A stretch of DNA of 43,843 nucleotides from Candidatus Woesearchaeota archaeon (lineage in GTDB: Archaea; Nanobdellota; Nanobdellia; Woesearchaeales; GW2011-AR9), in contig JACPCD010000016.1 of the NCBI GenBank assembly GCA_016179955.1, positions 24,206 through 68,048 of the forward strand, written 5' to 3'. Both the position numbers and the translations under genes were made by a program. This document shows positions 36,645 to 43,843 of the stretch, one piece after another. Within the stretch, counting starts at the first letter, position 1; every line of letters begins with the position of its first letter. The notes below the pieces were generated by a model, which worked only from the letters and a program-made list of their open reading frames with translations, did no database searches and was not told the DNA's origin.

Positions 36645-36873
36645 ATTTTTACAGACCGCCCGGAGAATCATCCGGGAATATCCGGAAATGTTCAGTGCCC
36701 TGGAAGAATACGACCGGACTCGCCGCTTGCCGAAATTGAGGTACAAGACCAGGGCTAATTTTACGCTGGACAGCGACATTGTACGAAAATTTAGGAAACA
36801 TTGCCGGGAGCAGGGAAAGACGATGTCAGGAGTTATTGAGCAGCATATTAAAGAAGAATTGGGGAAGAAATGA
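36631..36873 (+). CDS. Ribbon-helix-helix (CopG-like) protein, putative antitoxin
   Basis: RANFTLD..IV.KFR..C...G..MS..IE..I; overlaps the Fic gene. Confidence 0.75.
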   Translation: MPSSKFLQTARRIIREYPEMFSALEEYDRTRRLPKLRYKTRANFTLDSDIVRKFRKHCREQGKTMSGVIEQHIKEELGKK

Positions 36874-36935
36874 GGCCGGTCAGTGGAGGGGACTCTTCAT
36901 TATTTTAGGAAAGGAAATACAGAAATCCTCAAAAT

Positions 36936-37253
36936 TCATTTCCTGCCCAGTTTATAGAATTGCACCGGGACCCAGACATGACTTTCAACGTAGGAAGGAC
37001 GTTCCTTTCCATCAACATAGGCATCGGCATCGCCGGGTCTTTCCATATTAGCAATGTTGATGATAGCATGAGCAGCTACTGAAAGTCTGTCATAGAATTC
37101 CTCGGTTCCGGAAGTAGTGTCTCTTATACTAACTTTTAAATTAACGGGAGCACCTAACGGGGAAGCCCAGACCCATTTTTTTTCTTCTGTATCAAAAAGT
37201 CCTGGCCCCATAGGAATTATATCCGCTTCCAGTCGTCGAAGTTGTTGGGCCAT
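36936..37253 (-). CDS. Hypothetical protein
   Basis: 105-aa ORF, co-oriented and closely spaced with its neighbours. Confidence 0.6.
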   Translation of the reverse strand: MAQQLRRLEADIIPMGPGLFDTEEKKWVWASPLGAPVNLKVSIRDTTSGTEEFYDRLSVAAHAIINIANMERPGDADAYVDGKERPSYVESHVWVPVQFYKLGRK

Positions 37254-37270
37254 TTTAAAAAACGAAAAAC

Positions 37271-37552
37271 TTATCGTATCTTTTTAACTTTATCTCCAAT
37301 GGTGCGTCTGAATTGTTCCGACAGTCTTTCTAATTCTTGATAGCTTCCGTTCTCTTGCTGTAAATAGACAAAATTATCTCCACGCATATTTCTCACCACG
37401 ACATCGGGTCTTCCGTCCTCGTTTAAATCTTGAACGTAAACTGATGCTGGCGTGACGTTTTTTTCTCTAAGATACGCACCCAAATGCAGACCCAGCGCTA
37501 ATCCTAATCCTGTTCCTGCAATTGCAATTAGATGCTTTTGTGCTTCTGACAT
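37271..37552 (-). CDS. Small membrane-anchored protein with DxNxDGxxD calcium-binding-type loop
   Basis: N-terminal transmembrane helix; QDLNEDGRPDVVV (FG-GAP/EF-hand-like). Confidence 0.7.
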   Translation of the reverse strand: MSEAQKHLIAIAGTGLGLALGLHLGAYLREKNVTPASVYVQDLNEDGRPDVVVRNMRGDNFVYLQQENGSYQELERLSEQFRRTIGDKVKKIR

Positions 37553-37580
37553 TTTATAATCTCCTCACCAATTGGTGATT

Positions 37581-38372
37581 TTACTTCCCCGCCTTCCATT
37601 CCTTATCGAACAAGCCGGCAAAGTAATCTACGAAATGAGGCGCTTCTACCCACACGGCGCAGTCATAATTCGGATGCACCTTCTGGTCATCAGTCAGAAA
37701 CAGCAACATTTCCTTCCCGTCCACAATGCAAAAGCGGGCACTCCCCACTTTGTGCTGCCGGATCTTGGCAAACTTGGACATCTCGTCCATGGTTTCTTTA
37801 CTAGCACCCATAGGAACAGAAACGCGCACGTCCACGCCACTCTTGGCAGCTCTGCGTAAATGGCCGCCTAATACTTCGTGCTTCTGGTCTAAACCATTTT
37901 TGGACGTCATAATAGTAATGTTCTTCTTTGCATTCTTGACCATATAGGTCAGATGCTCCTGCACCTTATCCCAGCCGCGGAACGCTCCACTTTTATCGGT
38001 AGGGTCAACTAACTTGATGCCTTCGGTATGCAGCGTGTTCAATTCATTCAAGACTTCACTGTCCTTAAGATTGGAAAGAATCTTATGACGCTGGTCTGCT
38101 TCTTCCACAACTTTCTTCTTTACCCGATCCACCACTTCACTGGGCGGAACCGCTAAATACTTGATAGGTTTCCCTACCTTGACAATGATAAAGCCTTTCT
38201 TTTCCAACGATTCCAGGACGTCATACGCCCGGGAACGGGGAACGTTAGATATATCGGATAATTCTCCGGCAGTGGAAACTCCACGGGACAAGAGCGCTAC
38301 CCAGAGCTTACTCTCGTACGAATTGAGGCCAAAGTCCTTCAGCCGGTTCAAAAAATCTTTTTGGATAATCAT
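37581..38372 (-). CDS. TrmB-family transcriptional regulator / chromatin protein
   Basis: FGLNSYE.K.W.ALL..G..TA.ELS..S.VPRSR.YDVL.SLE.KGF....GKP.KY; C-terminal IVDGKE. Confidence 0.92.
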   Translation of the reverse strand: MIIQKDFLNRLKDFGLNSYESKLWVALLSRGVSTAGELSDISNVPRSRAYDVLESLEKKGFIIVKVGKPIKYLAVPPSEVVDRVKKKVVEEADQRHKILSNLKDSEVLNELNTLHTEGIKLVDPTDKSGAFRGWDKVQEHLTYMVKNAKKNITIMTSKNGLDQKHEVLGGHLRRAAKSGVDVRVSVPMGASKETMDEMSKFAKIRQHKVGSARFCIVDGKEMLLFLTDDQKVHPNYDCAVWVEAPHFVDYFAGLFDKEWKAGK

Positions 38373-38481
38373 GGGGTCGTTTCCTCCGCATATTCCTATC
38401 ACCCCGCACCAGAACCTCTCACTATGGGCTAAAATGGGCTTTCTTTATAAATCTTTCGGTTATTTTAGTACTTTTGAGTAG

Positions 38482-38787
38482 TTATAGTGCTGTGTGGTGC
38501 TCACTGTCGACCGTAAACAGCCGGCTGTCTTTAACTTTAAACAAGCCAATTCTTGCGCCCGCATCCAGCCAGCCGTGGGCATAATTCAAGGCTGCAAACG
38601 CTAGCACTAAATCATTTTTCTGACGATAAAAGTAGAGCGCATCGTCATAATAGCGCGTGGCCATGTCCAAGAAATCAGCAGCAGCTGCTTGTTGAGCAGT
38701 ATTCAGATGCAGCCTGGCTTGGCCTAACGCTTCTTTCGTCAACGAAAAATAATGCTCCAGCGTTTCCGGCGTTACCGTTGAATTCAT
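38482..38787 (-). CDS. DUF357 domain protein
   Basis: MA.RY..DA.YF...D.V.AFAALNYAHGWLDAGARIG. Confidence 0.9.
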   Translation of the reverse strand: MNSTVTPETLEHYFSLTKEALGQARLHLNTAQQAAAADFLDMATRYYDDALYFYRQKNDLVLAFAALNYAHGWLDAGARIGLFKVKDSRLFTVDSEHHTAL

Positions 38788-38793
38788 AAAGAA

Positions 38794-39018
38794 CTATTTC
38801 CCAAGCTTGGGCCGTTTCACGGTGATAGGCAAGATACCTTCGTCAAATTCTCGGAGGGCAATTTCAATAGGATCATATTTTATCTTGGTCAGCTCTTCCG
38901 GCGATAATTTCGCTAAGAATGGCGCGCCCATGGATAATTGCAACGCCCGGGAGCCGATCATGCGGGCTTTCTCGTACTTGGTGAAATCTTTCACGTCCTC
39001 TGAAGAGTGTCCTTTCAT
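38794..39018 (-). CDS. rpoK: RNA polymerase subunit K (Rpo6)
   Basis: TKYEKAR.IG.RALQ.SMGAP, DP..IA..E....LP.TV.R. Confidence 0.96.
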   Translation of the reverse strand: MKGHSSEDVKDFTKYEKARMIGSRALQLSMGAPFLAKLSPEELTKIKYDPIEIALREFDEGILPITVKRPKLGK

Positions 39019-39827
39019 GGTACTGCCTTATTGAGCTCCTTCCTTAAAAAACTTCCCTTTTCCAGGGCGAGATCGAGTATGGCAGATATCTGTTCAATGC
39101 TTAACGGAAATTCCCCGCCTTTCTGCAGCGCTGAAATGGTTCCATCGGCGTCTGATGCTACCGTCAGCCTAGCGTCATAGGCCGATTCCTCATCCGCATT
39201 GGGATCAACCAGCAAGGCGTCATTCAACACATAGACTGTAACGGGTAACGGTTCTTTTAACAGCGGCAAGGGCGTGCTGGTCTTATGCTTGTAGTCAATG
39301 GCTCCCGTTTCCAGATTCACCGTCGGAAAACGGGCTGACCTTAATGCAGCCAGAGCCGCAAGCCCCGCGACATCAAAAAGGTTGCCGGCATCGTTAATGG
39401 TAATTATATCAATGATGACAAACCAGGCTTTTTCCGGCGTAAGGCACAGCTTTTTCAGCTTTTTCAAATCAATGGCTTTCGCTTCCCGGATGCCTCTATC
39501 GACTACCCGCGCTAATTCGATGGCTTTCGGCCCCGGCGGACCGGACTCATACTCTGGACTCGACAACGGCAACAGCTCAGCATTGACCATGATGCCGCCT
39601 TCATCCGGAGTATCATTGTACGGTTTATCCTGCGACAACTTTACGCCGGCCATAACCACGGTATCTCCTATCTGCACCCGGGCAGAGCCTTCAGCGGTCC
39701 AGGATATTCCCGTTTCAATCTTGATGGGCTGGCGGTATTCTTCCAGGGCTCGGCCATCAATACGTTTCTGCTGGGCCGCCAGGTCTAATATGGTATCTTT
39801 GTTGTGTATCATTTTTGATTCATTCAA
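39015..39827 (-). CDS. rrp42: Exosome subunit Rrp42
   Basis: RIDGR....[37 protein letters not shown]. Confidence 0.95.
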   Translation of the reverse strand: MNESKMIHNKDTILDLAAQQKRIDGRALEEYRQPIKIETGISWTAEGSARVQIGDTVVMAGVKLSQDKPYNDTPDEGGIMVNAELLPLSSPEYESGPPGPKAIELARVVDRGIREAKAIDLKKLKKLCLTPEKAWFVIIDIITINDAGNLFDVAGLAALAALRSARFPTVNLETGAIDYKHKTSTPLPLLKEPLPVTVYVLNDALLVDPNADEESAYDARLTVASDADGTISALQKGGEFPLSIEQISAILDLALEKGSFLRKELNKAVP

Positions 39828-40521
39828 GGGTAAATTTTTCTTTTAAGGCTTTAACTTGAAGCTGGTAGACTTTTTCGGTGGCTCCTTTTGCCAACTCGAG
39901 CGCTTTCAGCAAATCTGCTTTAGAGATCTCTCCATCCATCTGCAATAAAGTTATTTCCTTGCCATTATGAGTCATCGCAACGGGAATGTCAGAAACAACC
40001 CCTTCGTATGCTTCTTCATCGTACATTAGATCCGCAACCACGGTCCCATCCACTTGACCTACGGCAACGGAGCTTACCATGTCCAGCATGGGAATTCCCG
40101 CGTCCGCGAGAGCAATGGAAGCAGCAGAGATGGCAGCACATCGTGTTCCTGCGTCCGTCTGGGGCAGTTCCACAAAGATATCAACGACTGCATTGGGAAA
40201 AGCCGATAAATCTACCACTGGCTCTAACGCTTTGGTCATGACCATGGCTATCTCCTGAGAACGCCGATTATTTCCTGGCCGGATACGTTCTCCGGATCCA
40301 GAGAACGGCATCATATTATAATGACAGCGCAAGACCCCATGTTTAGGGTTCTGCAAGAATTTTGGATACATCTCTCGCGGTCCATACACGGCGGCAATGG
40401 CCCAGGTCTTGCCAATCTTAAATGAGGCAGATCCATTGGCATTAGGGATTACTCCTGCCTTAGCGTCCATCGGCCGCAGCTCCTCGATACTTCGTCCATC
40501 TAATCGTTTTTTGTAGACCAT
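39820..40521 (-). CDS. rrp41: Exosome exonuclease Rrp41
   Basis: RLDGR...ELRP, A.GSA, AVYGPRE, RRS.EI, DAGTRCA.I, LQMDG. Confidence 0.96.
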   Translation of the reverse strand: MVYKKRLDGRSIEELRPMDAKAGVIPNANGSASFKIGKTWAIAAVYGPREMYPKFLQNPKHGVLRCHYNMMPFSGSGERIRPGNNRRSQEIAMVMTKALEPVVDLSAFPNAVVDIFVELPQTDAGTRCAAISAASIALADAGIPMLDMVSSVAVGQVDGTVVADLMYDEEAYEGVVSDIPVAMTHNGKEITLLQMDGEISKADLLKALELAKGATEKVYQLQVKALKEKFTLE

Positions 40522-41204
40522 TATTGAGTATGCCCCTCCAAGTACCGCTGCATCTTTTCCGTCAAGCCATCCTGATGCGACTTCTGCTCGATACGCTTGA
40601 TGGCCTGCTCGGCTAAAAGCTCACCGTCGGAAGAACCTCGCAGCCACACTAACCCGTTCTGGCCCACGGTGATCTCGCAGCCGGTCTTCTCTTTGATTAA
40701 GGTAATCATGCTGCCCTGCTTGCCGATGACGCGCGGCACTTTCTGGCTGTTGATCTTGATGATTCTCCCGCCAGAAATTTTCTGCAGTCCCGGCTCGCGC
40801 AGGGACAGGTCAATCAGGTTTTGCGACGTGACATTAATGATCTGAGCGATGATGTACTCATCAATATTGATTATTTTAGACAGGTCTTCTTCTTTCTTGA
40901 TGTAGCGGGACGTAGCATCTTTCACGTTGAGCATGGCCTGATAGGCTGTTTCCAAGTCCACTCTCCAGCCGCTGAAGGCTATATCGGTAACCCGACCAAT
41001 AATCTTATCGCCTACTTTCGGCACGTAGGGGCCGCTTAAGGGCGTTATCTTAATGACTCGGCCAGGCAGTGAAACTAAGCCTAAGACTTTGGCATAGATC
41101 TTTTCGCCCCGACGGTAGGTGTTGTCGCCAGGAAGGTAATCCATGCCTTCGGCTAAAACGTCACCAGGTATGACAATATCCTTTTCTTTTACAATAGTAC
41201 TCAT
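40521..41204 (-). CDS. rrp4: Exosome RNA-binding subunit Rrp4
   Basis: V.PGD.L, Y.P.VGD.IIG.V, KH-like KVPRVIGK.GSMI, VGQNG.VW, H..GLT. Confidence 0.96.
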   Translation of the reverse strand: MSTIVKEKDIVIPGDVLAEGMDYLPGDNTYRRGEKIYAKVLGLVSLPGRVIKITPLSGPYVPKVGDKIIGRVTDIAFSGWRVDLETAYQAMLNVKDATSRYIKKEEDLSKIINIDEYIIAQIINVTSQNLIDLSLREPGLQKISGGRIIKINSQKVPRVIGKQGSMITLIKEKTGCEITVGQNGLVWLRGSSDGELLAEQAIKRIEQKSHQDGLTEKMQRYLEGHTQ

Positions 41205-41370
41205 TATATTTTATCCGCACCTGATTATATGGGTAAGAGAAAGCGTGCGGTTTGGCTCTCCTTTCTCGTTCAGTACCCTGAAATGGGCAGTTATTTAAAA
41301 GTTTTTTGGTTTTATTGGAAATTGCACGGGGTCTAAAATTGTTTATATCCACCAACACTAAGAAAACGCT

Positions 41371-41790
41371 TTATTCTTTCCGAGCATCGTAAAATTCCCT
41401 TAGCCTTGTATCAAGATGGCCTAATCGCTCATTTGGTCCTAAATGACTTAATGGTTGACTGCCATATTCTCTTACCAGACCCACCACACATTCCTGAAGA
41501 TCTCGAGGAGACCACATGAGTGTTTCATCTAACATCACCAGTGCTTTTGAAGCGTCATCCAACTGAGGAACTGGTCCATGATAAAGAGGTTTAGGTCTTT
41601 CTCCCGCCTCGGCCATCGCTATAATCTGCGCTGCTTGTTGGCGTAGGTGTTCCTTTCGATTTGGATCATCTTTCATACTAAAATAATACTTCCAAGCTCC
41701 AAGAAAACGAGCATGATAGTTCGAGTCAAGTTCCGCAACCGCACGAAGTTGTCGGGAAAGAGTTTCATACAGGGGAATTTGTTGCGTCAT
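41371..41790 (-). CDS. Hypothetical protein
   Basis: 139-aa ORF with an upstream TATA-like TTTATATC. Confidence 0.6.
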   Translation of the reverse strand: MTQQIPLYETLSRQLRAVAELDSNYHARFLGAWKYYFSMKDDPNRKEHLRQQAAQIIAMAEAGERPKPLYHGPVPQLDDASKALVMLDETLMWSPRDLQECVVGLVREYGSQPLSHLGPNERLGHLDTRLREFYDARKE

Positions 41791-41884
41791 TTTAATACAC
41801 CAAAAGAGGCATGATATATAAATTTTGTCAATTTTTCCTGCGCTAAGAGTAACGTTTAAATAGCTTAAGATATTTACACCAAAG

Positions 41885-43159
41885 ATGAAACTATCCTTTA
41901 CTTATTCCCTCATCGTTCTTCTAACTATAATCACAGTACTGGGCGCCTGCACTCCCACACCAACAGCCTCGCCCGCAGACGCATCCGATAACGAGACTAG
42001 GGCAGCAGTACGTAATCTGCCGACGGACCAAGTAATTAACATCATCCTGACCGGAGAACGGGAACGCCAGGAATTCCTGGCTGGACGAGCCAACAAATGG
42101 CAAGGGCCTTTTCCCGTGGGCGATACCGCAGTTTCATTAGAACGGGTGCTGCCTCTCGCGGAAGCAGTTTATAGAGAGCGAGGAGGAACGCTGCCACTCT
42201 CTTCAGAACACCAAGTGGGGGCATCGCCGAGCGCACCCTCTTCTCCATCGCCAGCTGCTCCTCAAGAGGAAGAAGAAGCTCTCGGCCCAGATCCCCAAGC
42301 ACGTTTTTTTACACATACCATCAATGATGTCCGGAAAGAAAGTGTGAGCATTACCACTAAAAATCCTGACACCAATTTTGAAGAACGGACGGCACAATAT
42401 GACGCTTACTTCATTCCCGGCGAAACGTTTAGAATCATCTGCCAGCAGCCCTGCGTGATTCCAGAGAACATTTTAAAGAAAAAAGTAGTGGGAGCAGATG
42501 CGGCTATCCGGGCGCTGATTGACTTAACTGACGTAGATGTATTGCCGATACTTGAGCCGGTAGATATCCATCTCAGCAGCAGTGTGGAATGTGGGAATTA
42601 TCAGGAAAAACTAAGCCGCAATGGTTACGTTTCCCGATTTTCTGGTTCCCGGCCCAGTGGCGTTCCGGGTGTAACCACGGGATCCTACATGTGCCTGTGG
42701 GAATTTGACGATGAACAATTAATTTTGCCGCTCACTGAAGAAAATGCGCTGCGCATTGAAGCACAGGCCGTGTTGGTGCATGAATATTCACACATCTTAT
42801 TCTACCGGCGGTCGTTTGCTTCCCCGGAAGGATTTGTCCAAACGCTGCAAATGTATGTTTCTGGTGCTTGGGATGGCGAAGGGCGTAGCAGAAATAATTT
42901 CCCACGCATGACTGATGCCTGCAATCCCTTGTTGCAAACCAGAGTACCGGATGTGTATGCTCTCTGCAGCCGCTGCGGATTTCAGATGCAAGACTTTCGC
43001 ATCATCTTACAGAGAGTACATGAACTTTATAGTCGAGGAGAAGGGGCAGCAGTCGAAGGAAAAGTAAGCGTGCCCCAGCTGAAGCAGATTATTGATGGCA
43101 TTACGGGCAAGGATAGTGTTGCAGAGTGCGGAGTGGATTGGCTGGGATATGCTGAGTAA
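41885..43159 (+). CDS. Putative secreted lipoprotein with HEXXH zinc-metallopeptidase motif
   Basis: Signal ending VLGAC; Pro/Ser linker; VLVHEYSHILF followed by EGF (gluzincin-like third ligand); many Cys. Confidence 0.75.
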   Translation: MKLSFTYSLIVLLTIITVLGACTPTPTASPADASDNETRAAVRNLPTDQVINIILTGERERQEFLAGRANKWQGPFPVGDTAVSLERVLPLAEAVYRERGGTLPLSSEHQVGASPSAPSSPSPAAPQEEEEALGPDPQARFFTHTINDVRKESVSITTKNPDTNFEERTAQYDAYFIPGETFRIICQQPCVIPENILKKKVVGADAAIRALIDLTDVDVLPILEPVDIHLSSSVECGNYQEKLSRNGYVSRFSGSRPSGVPGVTTGSYMCLWEFDDEQLILPLTEENALRIEAQAVLVHEYSHILFYRRSFASPEGFVQTLQMYVSGAWDGEGRSRNNFPRMTDACNPLLQTRVPDVYALCSRCGFQMQDFRIILQRVHELYSRGEGAAVEGKVSVPQLKQIIDGITGKDSVAECGVDWLGYAE

Positions 43160-43183
43160 AAAATTATTTTCTCCTAAAATGCA

Positions 43184-43561
43184 TCAGCAGGGAAATAACC
43201 GCAACCCCACCACTTTTCCGGTAACGAGCGGATATTCATAGTCGTCTTCTAACTGCACCGTTGTTCCTGAGCCCAAAATTTCAACCACCTTTCCAACTAA
43301 ATCGTATTCGGAAGAAACCGCGGCCTGGCGCAACAGCCTTTCCCGGGAACGGCGGTTAAGAAGACGGAATTCAGCCTCATTATGAGCGCCCTGGAGCCAA
43401 AAGCTAAGCCCAAGCGACGGGCGTCCCCGGTAGGTATACATAAAAGAAGACACCCCCTGAATCACCGCATACTGTTCGACCAAATCATCAACGGGCTTCG
43501 CGTTTTTGGAACTGGCAGAGTAGTACGTCCAGGGAGCAGTCTTCGGTGTTTTTCTCGCCAT
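43184..43561 (-). CDS. Hypothetical protein
   Basis: 125-aa ORF with an upstream TATA-like TTTATAAA. Confidence 0.55.
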   Translation of the reverse strand: MARKTPKTAPWTYYSASSKNAKPVDDLVEQYAVIQGVSSFMYTYRGRPSLGLSFWLQGAHNEAEFRLLNRRSRERLLRQAAVSSEYDLVGKVVEILGSGTTVQLEDDYEYPLVTGKVVGLRLFPC

Positions 43562-43674
43562 GAACGGTTAAAACGCCCGGAGTTTATAAACTTTTTTATT
43601 TTAGTTACTAATTAGTAGTTAGATTTATGGATTTGGTAGATATCTTTATATACAACACCCCCCAATAAATTAAT

Positions 43675-43843
43675 ATGGATGATTCATACCAAGTCGGAGA
43701 CATCTGTTCTTACTCTGAAGAACGTTACAACATTAAAGTACGTGTCCTTGAAAACAGAAGCAATAATGACAATGTAAGTTACCTATTACAAGTTCTTGAA
43801 ATTATTTCTCCCCCTGTTCCGAGTTTTCTTTCTCCAAAAATTG
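43675..43843 (+). CDS. Hypothetical protein, 3' truncated by window edge
   Basis: Open frame MDDSYQVGDICSYSEERYNIKVRVLEN... runs to the end of the window, after TTTATATA. Confidence 0.5.
   Translation, partial: MDDSYQVGDICSYSEERYNIKVRVLENRSNNDNVSYLLQVLEIISPPVPSFLSPKI

Noticed and set aside
41205-41280. H/ACA guide RNA (hairpin followed by AUA)
   Set aside because: No symmetric pseudouridylation pocket at the expected distance from the AUA and no clear K-turn; retained only as a possible leader structure.
1-43843. CRISPR array, rRNA, or autonomous transposase/integrase
   Set aside because: No regularly spaced repeats, rRNA-like sequence, or DDE/tyrosine recombinase motifs were seen.

Overview
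Gene-dense chromosomal segment of an archaeon, most likely a DPANN lineage such as Woesearchaeota (inferred from the mix of archaeal informational genes, bacterial-type metK/mutM/dnaK, and short TATA-plus-C-rich promoters). The housekeeping backbone comprises serS (partial), cdc6/orc1, aIF2 gamma and alpha, r-proteins S17e, L1-P0-P1 and L44e-S27e, nop10, pth2, rrp4-rrp41-rrp42-rpoK, grpE-dnaK-HD-dnaJ, metK, mutM and a TrmB-family regulator. Accessory genes are interspersed: two AAA_14/DUF4143-type ATPases, three toxin-antitoxin pairs, secreted lipoproteins and two AT-rich inserts. Features the ORF track misses are: (i) a tRNA-Asn(GTT) with two introns (13 nt at 37/38, 85 nt in the T-loop at 59/60); (ii) a 141-bp MITE with perfect 16-bp TIRs and a 9-bp target duplication; (iii) an AT-rich ~938-aa gene split by a one-base shift in an A6 run, joining helical repeats to an SH3-like segment and a putative ADP-ribosyltransferase-like C-terminus, which is the best candidate for an undescribed effector system; (iv) an internally deleted TVP38/DedA gene, a small gene with an in-frame stop, the S27e gene, several operator-like repeats, and a pseudoknot-like leader over the exosome operon ribosome-binding site. 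All product calls come from motif recognition by eye; no searches were run.
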